Shown piece after piece: positions 29,761 to 36,510 of a stretch of DNA of 49,749 nt (positions within the stretch are counted from its first letter, which is position 1; each line of letters begins with the position of its first letter). The translations under genes and the position numbers were made by a program. The stretch covers positions 1 through 49,749 of the forward strand of contig JANMXV010000743.1 of the NCBI GenBank assembly GCA_031381325.1, written 5' to 3'. The notes under the pieces are model-generated. The model was given only the letters and a program-made list of their open reading frames with translations. It ran no database searches and was not told where the DNA came from. The DNA is from Betaproteobacteria bacterium (lineage in GTDB: Bacteria > Pseudomonadota > Gammaproteobacteria > Burkholderiales > SG8-41).

Positions 29761-30729
29761 ATGCCCCATAGCGAATTCTTCCAGTTTCACGATCTTTATC
29801 CGGACACGGAAACGTTTCGCGACGATGTTCTGAAAGGTCTCGCGCTGCCGCGCAAAGCGCTGGCGCCCAAGTATTTTTACGACGCTCGTGGCAGTGAACT
29901 GTTCGAGGCCATCTGCGATCTGCCCGAGTATTACCCGACCCGCACCGAATTGGCGATGATGCAGGCCGATGCAGGCGCGATGGCGCATCTGCTGGGGCCG
30001 GATTGTCTGCTGATCGAATACGGCGCGGGTTCGGGACGCAAGACGCGCGTGCTGATCGAAGCGCTGGCGCCAGCCGCTTACGTAGCTATAGATATCTCAC
30101 GCACGGCCCTGCAGCAATGCGCAGCCGAGTTGGGAGCGGCCTATCCCGCGCTCAAAATCGCAGCCGTGTGCGCGGACTACTCGCGGTCGATGGCGTTGCC
30201 GGTGATCGAAGGCATCCAGCCACGGCGGCGCGCGATTTATTTTCCGGGTTCTACCATCGGCAATTTCACGCGGCCGGATGCGCTGGGTTTTTTGCGCTAC
30301 GCGCATGCGTTGGCGGGCGCGGGCGGGGCCATGCTCGTCGGTGTCGATCTGAAAAAAGACGCCGCGCGACTGCACGCCGCGTACAACGATGCGCAAGGCG
30401 TGACCGCGGCGTTCAACATGAATCTACTGTCACGCATTAACCGCGAATTGGCCGGCGATTTTGATCTCGCGTCGTTTGAACACCATGCGTTCTATGACCC
30501 TGCCGAAGGCCGCATCGAAATGCATCTGCGCAGCTTGCATGATCAAGTGGTAAACGTATCGGGCCGCGCCTTTTCATTTCGCGGCGGCGAGACCATGCAT
30601 ACCGAGAATTCTTGCAAGTATTCGGTCGAAGAATTTCAGCAATTGGCGCGTGACGCAGGTTTCACCGCGGCGCATTGCTGGCTCGACGCCCAACGCTTGT
30701 TCTCGGTGCATTACCTCGTTGCGGGTTAA
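29761..30729 (+). CDS. egtD: EgtD-like L-histidine N-alpha-methyltransferase
   Basis: ATG at 29761. FRDDVLKGLALPRKALAPKYFYDARGSELFEAICDLPEYYPTRTE....IEYGAGSG.K...L is the characteristic EgtD-family N-terminal region. Confidence 0.75.
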   Translation: MPHSEFFQFHDLYPDTETFRDDVLKGLALPRKALAPKYFYDARGSELFEAICDLPEYYPTRTELAMMQADAGAMAHLLGPDCLLIEYGAGSGRKTRVLIEALAPAAYVAIDISRTALQQCAAELGAAYPALKIAAVCADYSRSMALPVIEGIQPRRRAIYFPGSTIGNFTRPDALGFLRYAHALAGAGGAMLVGVDLKKDAARLHAAYNDAQGVTAAFNMNLLSRINRELAGDFDLASFEHHAFYDPAEGRIEMHLRSLHDQVVNVSGRAFSFRGGETMHTENSCKYSVEEFQQLARDAGFTAAHCWLDAQRLFSVHYLVAG

Positions 30730-31407
30730 TCAATAATCTGGGCCACCTCAACGCGTTTATGGTGCTGTCCGCGTTTACCGTGGTTCCGTTTCTGTTGATG
30801 TGGCTCAAACCGGGGTTCGTGTCGAATGCAGTGATGCTGGTGGCGGGTGGGGCGGTTATGCGGCGCAAGAAGAATGCTGAGTAGTTGTCAATTCTAAGAT
30901 CGTTGCGTGGAAATCAGATATTTTCGCCACACACGCACCAGCGGTAAATCATTTGATTTTCGTTAAATTGTCACCGCAGGGCGGCGCACAATTTGGCTTG
31001 CGTTGGAGCTTAATCAAACGGGCATTTTCCCGCGGATTGCCCGCCGCGAGTACCTGTCGAAGGCGAAATTCTACCGCGTGATTGGCCGGGGCCGGAAGAC
31101 GCACCGGATAGCGGCGGTTTTGGTGAAGGTGGTTAATCGCGCGTATTCCCGAATTACCGCACACCGGTAGGGCATGCGCGTTGTTTTTGCCCGCCGGCCA
31201 AATGTCGAAAACCGCAAGGGCAAACATTTTTTCGGTAGCGGAGCAATGCGCAGCATGGTTGTCACCGGTTGTCCGCGTGGGCACAAAAAACGTGCCTACA
31301 GGCTCTGAAGGCCTGCGTGCTACCACTACACGATACCTGCTTGGGCCTACCGGCTCAGAATACGCCGAGCTTCGCTCTGGTGGCAACGCGAGCGTGATAA
31401 GCAGAAG

Positions 31408-31441
31408 TTGTATACCAATTTTATATACAAATATGTATAAT
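31408..31441 (+). promoter_or_regulatory. Putative promoter/operator of the DUF1778-GNAT toxin-antitoxin operon
   Basis: Inverted repeat TTGTATA (31408-14) - 9 nt - TATACAA (31424-30), followed by TATAAT (31436-41). It lies 25 nt upstream of the antitoxin ATG, whose RBS is AAGGAG. Confidence 0.4.
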
Positions 31442-31465
31442 TATCCTACACAAAGGAGTGCCGCT

Positions 31466-31747
31466 ATGTCACCAACTCAAACCACGGAATCCGTCGCTAT
31501 TAACATCCGTGCCAAAGCACGTCAGCGCGACCTGATCGATCAGGCCGCCGAGCGGCTAGGCCGCAGCCGTTCGGATTTTATGCTCGAAGCTGCATGCCGT
31601 GAGGCGGAAAACTTGCTGCTCGACCAGACGTTTTTCACGGTTGCTGCGGGGACCTTTGCCCAATTTCATGCGTTACTCGATCAACCGTTGCCGCCGACCG
31701 ATAAGCTGCGCCGTCTGCTAAAAACCAAGGCCCCCTGGGAGAAATGA
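31466..31747 (+). CDS. DUF1778-family (TacA-like, RHH) antitoxin
   Basis: 93-aa ORF with AAGGAG upstream. INIRAKARQRDLIDQAAERLGRSRSDFMLEAACREAENLLLDQ is the DUF1778 ribbon-helix-helix signature. Confidence 0.85.
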   Translation: MSPTQTTESVAINIRAKARQRDLIDQAAERLGRSRSDFMLEAACREAENLLLDQTFFTVAAGTFAQFHALLDQPLPPTDKLRRLLKTKAPWEK

Positions 31748-32250
31748 TCGCGCTGGATCTCAGCTCGCCCGCGCCGATAGCGGCGAATCACGAATTCCCG
31801 GATTTCGATTGCGGTGAATTGTCGTTGAACGATTGGCTCAAAAGGCGTGCGCTCAAGAACCATGCGAGCGGCGCCTCGCGTTGCTTTGTGCTGTGCGCTG
31901 GCCTGACCGTAGTAGGTTATTACAGCTTGTCGGCGGGCGCTATCAGCCATGCGGCGGCGCCCAAGGCGCTGCGGCGGAATATGCCCGACCCGTTGCCCGT
32001 TCTGCTACTCGGACGCCTTGCGATTGATCGCCGCTATCACAATCGCGGCTTGGGTCAGGCATTGCTGCGCGATGCCATGTTGCGAGCGGTCAACGTTGCT
32101 GGAGATGCGGGCATATTCGCCCTGCTGGTGCATGCGCTTTCCGACGCGGCCAGGCAGTTTTATCTGTCCCGAGGATTCGTTGCATCGCCGTTGCAGCCGA
32201 TGACGCTGATGGTGACGCTGGAAACGGTGCGGGCTATTCTGCTTGAATAG
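31744..32250 (+). CDS. GNAT-family acetyltransferase toxin (TacT-like)
   Basis: ATGA overlap with the antitoxin. FDCGELSLNDWLKRRALKNH..G.SR.FV....L.VVGYYSLSAGAI...AP..LRRNMPDP.PVLLLGRLAID..YH.RGLG.ALL.DA matches GNAT toxins paired with DUF1778. Confidence 0.85.
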   Translation: MIALDLSSPAPIAANHEFPDFDCGELSLNDWLKRRALKNHASGASRCFVLCAGLTVVGYYSLSAGAISHAAAPKALRRNMPDPLPVLLLGRLAIDRRYHNRGLGQALLRDAMLRAVNVAGDAGIFALLVHALSDAARQFYLSRGFVASPLQPMTLMVTLETVRAILLE

Positions 32251-32267
32251 ACGCTGCACGTTCTTCG

Positions 32268-32547
32268 TTAATCAGCGACTCGCCCTAAAAATCCCGCCAG
32301 CGCCTCATTGAACACCAGCGGCTGCTCCACATTAGAAAGATGCGCCGCCGACTTGATAACGAGCAATTCCGATCCCGGCAGATTCTCGTGTATCGCACGC
32401 GCCATTTCTAGCGGGGTGCCGTGGTCTTCGTCGTCGTCGACGATGATGATGATGAATACCGGGCATTTTATTTCTTTCAGCCGGTTGAGTGTATTCACTT
32501 TTGCGATTGCGGCGCATGCGCCGCCGAAGTTCAGCGGCTTGCCGAAT
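32268..32547 (-). pseudogene. 3'-terminal fragment of an alpha/beta-hydrolase gene (paralogous to 33508-34305)
   Basis: Translates as IFGKPLNFGGACAAIAKVNTLNRLKEIKCPVFIIIIVDDDEDHGTPLEMARAIHENLPGSELLVIKSAAHLSNVEQPLVFNEALAGFLGRVAD. This aligns with the last roughly 95 residues of the intact gene. There is no N-terminal part. Confidence 0.85.
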
Positions 32548-32573
32548 ATTGCAAAATGCGATATTCTTCAATC

Positions 32574-32855
32574 ATGCGATTGATCAGCACCAAGGCTTTG
32601 CGCGACTTCGCAAAAATTCATCCGGTTGCAGAAATGCCGCTGCAAGGGTGGCGGCGCATCGTTGAACGAGCTCAGTACCGCAATTTTGCCGAACTGAAGC
32701 GCACGTTCAATTCGGTCGACAAGGCAGGGGATTATTTTGTGTTCGATATTGCAGGTAACAACTACCGCCTGATTGCCGCGATTCATTTCAACACGCAGAT
32801 TCTTTATGTCCGTTCGGTGATGACCCATGCCGAATACGACAAATGGAGGCCATGA
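32574..32855 (+). CDS. higB: HigB-family mRNA interferase toxin
   Basis: MRLISTKALRDFAKIHPVAEMPLQGWRRIVERAQYRNFAELKRTFNSVD.....FVFDIAGNNYRLIAAIHFNTQILYVRSVMTHAEYDK; characteristic HigB_toxin family sequence. Confidence 0.85.
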   Translation: MRLISTKALRDFAKIHPVAEMPLQGWRRIVERAQYRNFAELKRTFNSVDKAGDYFVFDIAGNNYRLIAAIHFNTQILYVRSVMTHAEYDKWRP

Positions 32856-33265
32856 TGGGCGCTTTGGATATTATCGCCGTGACCAGCCACTACAAGGCGC
32901 TTGTGCGATTGGTTCCGCTCAAGGCGATTACCAGCGAAACCGATTACCGCAAGGCCATTGCCGCCCTGGAGGAATTGCTCGATGCCGGCGGCGCCAATGA
33001 ACGTCACCCCTTGGCGGGTTTGGTCGAGGCGCTCGGTGAGGTGATTGAAAGTTTTGAAGCGCGCGCACACCGCATGCCGGATGCCAGTCCGCGTGACGCA
33101 TTGGCGTTTTTGATGCGGGAACACAAGCTTAAGCAGACCGATTTGGCCGGCATTGCAGGACAGGGAACGGTCAGCGCGATTCTCGCGGGCAAGCGTGGCA
33201 TCAGCAAGCGGCTGGCGGGGCGGTTGGCAGAGCGCTTTGGCGTTTCCGCGGCGGTGTTTGTTTGA
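32852..33265 (+). CDS. higA: HigA-family HTH antitoxin
   Basis: Overlaps the higB stop, with GGAGG upstream. It has an N-terminal helical domain and a C-terminal XRE-type HTH (LKQTDLAGIAGQGTVSAILAGKRGISKRLAGRLAERFGVSAAVF). The start is 32843, 32852 or 32855. Confidence 0.82.
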   Translation: MMGALDIIAVTSHYKALVRLVPLKAITSETDYRKAIAALEELLDAGGANERHPLAGLVEALGEVIESFEARAHRMPDASPRDALAFLMREHKLKQTDLAGIAGQGTVSAILAGKRGISKRLAGRLAERFGVSAAVFV

Positions 33266-33344
33266 AAGTGCCGTGACGATGTTTTCTTTGGTGACGAAGG
33301 TTTAGTGGGCGCTCTAATCGAGCATTACGTATTTCGTGACAGCT

Positions 33345-33495
33345 TTTCCCGCCTTCGGCCCCCTCGCTGCGCTCTCCCCGGCCCTTCTGCTCCACTTCAA
33401 GTGTTCCCTCGTCCCGGGGGGGGAGAGCGGTTCCACGGCAAGCATAGGGGGCGGGGGCGACTTCCCCCCGGAATACGCTGCGCTTCTTCCGGGCT
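33345..33495. repeat. GC-rich nested-palindrome intergenic element
   Basis: GCTCTCCCCGG (33371-) pairs with CCGGGGGGGGAGAGC (to 33428). GCCCCCT/AGGGGGC and further G/C-run stems flank these. No credible coding frame. Confidence 0.6.
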
Positions 33496-33507
33496 TCAGG
33501 TTCTTCG

Positions 33508-34305
33508 TTAACCTGCAACCCGCCCCAAAAACTTCATCACCGCTTGGTTGAAAACCTGCGGCTGTTCGACATTGGAAAGGTGCGCCGCTGATTTGATGAT
33601 CAGCAATTCGGATCCCGGCAGATTCTCATGCATCGCGCGCGCCATTTCGGGCGGCGTGCCGTGGTCTTCTTCGCCGACGATGATGAATACCGGGCATTGG
33701 ATTTCTTTCAGCCGGTCCAGCGTATCCACTTTTGCAATTGCGGCACAGGCGCCGCAGAAGCCATCAACCGGCGTGTTGAGGATGTCGGCGCCGATGCGTG
33801 CCATCACGTCCTTGCGCGTGGTGCGGTACGGCTCGGTGAACCAGCGCGCGAGGGTGGTGTCGAGCACGCCGGCCATGCCTGTTGCGCGCGCGATGGCGAC
33901 GCGTTCGCCCCACATTTGTTCGGCGTTGGGCGGACGGCGGCTGGTGGTGTTGGCGAGCACCAGGCTTTGAAAAACGCCGGGATATTTGAGCGCGAAAGTT
34001 TGCCCGATCATGCCGCCCATCGACAGGCCCACCCAGTGCGTGCGCGTGATGCCCAGCGCATCGAACAGGTCTTTCACGTCGTCGGCCATTTGCTCCAGCG
34101 TATAGTCGCCCGGCGGTGCGCTCGATTGCCCGTGGCCGCGCGTGTCGAAGCGCAGAACTTTGAAGTTTTTTGTGAGCACATCCATCTGTTCGTCCCACAT
34201 GTGCAGATTGCAGGCAAGCGAGTGGCTCAGTGTGATCCATGGGCCTTCACGTTCACTTCCTTCGATCTCGTAATTGATTTCGATGTTATTGGTTTTGATT
34301 TTCAT
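33508..34305 (-). CDS. Alpha/beta hydrolase, 3-oxoadipate enol-lactonase-like
   Basis: 265-aa ORF with FDTRGHGQS, the nucleophile elbow GLSMGG and C-terminal ...AAHLSNVEQP; resembles PcaD-type enol-lactonases. Confidence 0.85.
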   Translation of the reverse strand: MKIKTNNIEINYEIEGSEREGPWITLSHSLACNLHMWDEQMDVLTKNFKVLRFDTRGHGQSSAPPGDYTLEQMADDVKDLFDALGITRTHWVGLSMGGMIGQTFALKYPGVFQSLVLANTTSRRPPNAEQMWGERVAIARATGMAGVLDTTLARWFTEPYRTTRKDVMARIGADILNTPVDGFCGACAAIAKVDTLDRLKEIQCPVFIIVGEEDHGTPPEMARAMHENLPGSELLIIKSAAHLSNVEQPQVFNQAVMKFLGRVAG

Positions 34306-34413
34306 GGGGTTAGTACTCGAATACGATGTTGAACAGGTCTTCGGTTATGACCTGTTATCCTGTACGTCCAAGTACCGCAAATTACCACACCGCATGGTGC
34401 AAGGAGGAGACCA

Positions 34414-34976
34414 ATGAATGCTTTTTCCGGCTGTTGCCTCGCGGTCGTCCACGAGTTTGTTCGCTGCGTAGCGACACTTTTGTTGGTGGCGACGCCCTGT
34501 TTGGCGTTCGCGCAAACCCCTTCGACAGGCTCAGGACAGGCCTATCCGGTAAAGCCGGTGCGCCTGATTGCGCCGTTTCCGCCGGGCGGATCATCCGATT
34601 TGATTGCGCGCATTGTGGCGCAGCGGCTGTCGGAAGGTTTTCCCTATCAGGTCATCATTGAAAACCGGCCGGGCGCGAGTAGCAATCTTGGCGCGCAGAT
34701 CGCGTCGCGCGCAGCCGCCGACGGTTATACGCTGCTGATCACCAGTGTCACGGCCACAATTAACGTGTCGATATTTCGCAACCCCGGCTACGATCTGGTG
34801 AAGGATTTCGCGCCCATTTCCAAGCTGGCGGTCGGCCCCACGGCGCTGGTGGTTCATCCGTCCGTGCCGGCGCATAACGTGCCGAAGTTCATCAAGCTCG
34901 CGCAGTCGCGGCCCGGACAGTTGAATTTGACCGCTTCGCGAAAATTATTCGTGATACGGGTATACGAGCGGATTAG
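34414..34976 (+). pseudogene. Bug/TctC-family periplasmic binding protein gene with a large internal deletion
   Basis: Strong RBS (AAGGAGGAG), a signal peptide and the N-terminal half (...PVRLIAPFPPGGSSDLIARIVAQRL...ADGYTLLITS...SRPGQLNL). The sequence then jumps out of frame to the extreme C-terminus (RFAKIIRDTGIRAD*, TAG at 34974-76). Confidence 0.75.
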
Positions 34977-36337
34977 CGCAGCGTGATGGTCAGATTGAAG
35001 TCGCCGCGCAGCAGCCCGACGGCGTAACTTTGAGCGCCACGCAGCGCGGCTTGCAGTTCGGTGGCGGTCTGTATGCGGCGGCGGTTCACCGCATAAATAA
35101 TGTCCCCCGGACGAAAGCCGGCAACCCAGGCCGCGCTGTTTTGCTCGACAGCAGAAACCACCACCCCGCCGCCTTGCAGACGCTGGAACAGCGGGCTGCC
35201 GCGCTGGATTTCGATCACGCGCATGCCGGGCAATTGCGGTACCGGCTGGCCGTCGCCGCCGGAAACATCCGGCGCGGCGATCTGGGTGCGTATGGTGCGC
35301 GCCGCACCGCTGCGATTGATGCGCATCTCGACGTCCTCGCCGATCGCGGTCAGGCCCAGCCGCGCACGCAGTTCGGCAGCATTGTGTATGGCGCGTCCAT
35401 TGAGCGCAGTGACTACATCGCCTTCACGCATACCCGCTTTTTCCGCCGGAGAACCCGCTTGCACCACGGCGATAACCGCGCCTTCGAGCGTATTCACGCC
35501 GAGCTTCTTGGACAGCTCCGAGGTGAGATCCGCCATTTCAATGCCCAGACGGCCGCGGCGCACTTCGCCGTGCTTGATGATCTGGTTCATCACCGCGCGC
35601 GCCATATTGGAGGGCACCGCAAAGCCGATGCCTACGTTGCCGCCCGAAGGGCCGATGATCGCGGTGTTGATGCCGACCAACTCGCCACGCAGATTCACCA
35701 GCGCGCCGCCGGAGTTGCCGGGATTGATCGAGGCGTCGGTCTGGATGAAATCCTCGTAGCCTTCCACGCTAAGCCCGCTGCGTCCCAGCGCGCTGACGAT
35801 GCCCGATGTCACCGTCTGGCCGATGCCGAACGGATTACCGATGGCCAGCACGTAGTCGCCGACTTGCAGATGGTCCGAGTCGCCGATTTTGAGTGCGCTT
35901 AAGCCTGCGGCCTCGATTTGCAGCACGGCGATGTCGGTGCCCGGATCGGTGCCCACCAGCTTGGCGGTGAACTGCCGCCGGTCTTTGAGTGTGACGACGG
36001 CGCGCTCGGCATCCTTGATCACGTGGTTGTTGGTCAGTACATAGCCGCGCGCAGCATCGATGATGACGCCGGAGCCTGCGGCCTGCTCGCGTTGCTGTTG
36101 CGGCCGGTCGGGCACGCCGAAGAAGCGGCGAAAAAACGGATCGCGAAACAGCGGATTGTTTTCCATCGGTGAACGCGTAACCACCGAGATGTTCACCACC
36201 GCGGGCGTGACTTCGTTGACCAGCGGCGCCAGCGTGGGCAGGCCGCGCGCATCGGTGGTTTGCAGGGGTTGCGCGTGGGCCGCTGTGAATAAAGCACTCG
36301 CGAAAAATAACGTTATTAGAGAAAAAGAAATGTTCAT
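34973..36337 (-). CDS. DegP/DegQ-type periplasmic serine endoprotease with two PDZ domains
   Basis: ATG at 36337 (MNISFSLITLFFASALFTAAHAQ is a signal peptide). Catalytic blocks are TNNHVI, DIAVLQI and GNSGGALVN. The ORF-track start at 36427 reads through a REP-like hairpin. Confidence 0.92.
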   Translation of the reverse strand: MNISFSLITLFFASALFTAAHAQPLQTTDARGLPTLAPLVNEVTPAVVNISVVTRSPMENNPLFRDPFFRRFFGVPDRPQQQREQAAGSGVIIDAARGYVLTNNHVIKDAERAVVTLKDRRQFTAKLVGTDPGTDIAVLQIEAAGLSALKIGDSDHLQVGDYVLAIGNPFGIGQTVTSGIVSALGRSGLSVEGYEDFIQTDASINPGNSGGALVNLRGELVGINTAIIGPSGGNVGIGFAVPSNMARAVMNQIIKHGEVRRGRLGIEMADLTSELSKKLGVNTLEGAVIAVVQAGSPAEKAGMREGDVVTALNGRAIHNAAELRARLGLTAIGEDVEMRINRSGAARTIRTQIAAPDVSGGDGQPVPQLPGMRVIEIQRGSPLFQRLQGGGVVVSAVEQNSAAWVAGFRPGDIIYAVNRRRIQTATELQAALRGAQSYAVGLLRGDFNLTITLR

Positions 36338-36390
36338 AACTATTTGTTTTAAAGTGGTTTTATTTGAATGGAGCGCGACACGCTTCTCCT

Positions 36391-36501
36391 CGTCATTCTG
36401 GCGGAGGCCAGAATCCAGTCTGTTCAATTATGCGCAGCATCTTAAATCTACATCCTTCGGATCGGGTTACGCACTGGATTCTGGCCTTCGCCAGAATGAC
36501 G
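36391..36501. repeat. Inverted pair of REP-like palindromic units
   Basis: CGTCATTCTGGCGGAGGCCAGAATCCAG (36391-36418) and its reverse complement with one mismatch (36474-36501). Each unit is itself a hairpin, ATTCTGGC-nnnn-GCCAGAAT. Confidence 0.85.
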
Positions 36502-36510
36502 GGGCAGGTT

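Noticed and set aside
30759-30884. A possible 41-aa hydrophobic peptide (MVLSAFTVVPFLLMWLKPGFVSNAVMLVAGGAVMRRKKNAE) just after the egtD-like gene.
   Set aside because: There is no RBS, it is very short, and nothing is available for comparison. It could be a real small membrane protein, but the sequence alone does not support a call.
31299-31332. An intact tRNA(Sec)/suppressor tRNA gene with a UCA anticodon on the minus strand.
   Set aside because: Only a D-arm and an anticodon arm can be drawn. There is no T-arm with a TTCRA loop, no complementary acceptor stem, and the D-arm is not the 6-bp type of bacterial tRNA-Sec. It is treated as a fragment or a chance resemblance.
32260-33500. An integron gene-cassette array (TA genes are common integron cargo).
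   Set aside because: There is no intI gene or attI in the window. The GTTAATC/GTTAACC sequences at the repeat starts are just the hydrolase stop regions, not GTTRRRY attC cores, and no R''-L''...L'-R' attC architecture could be drawn.
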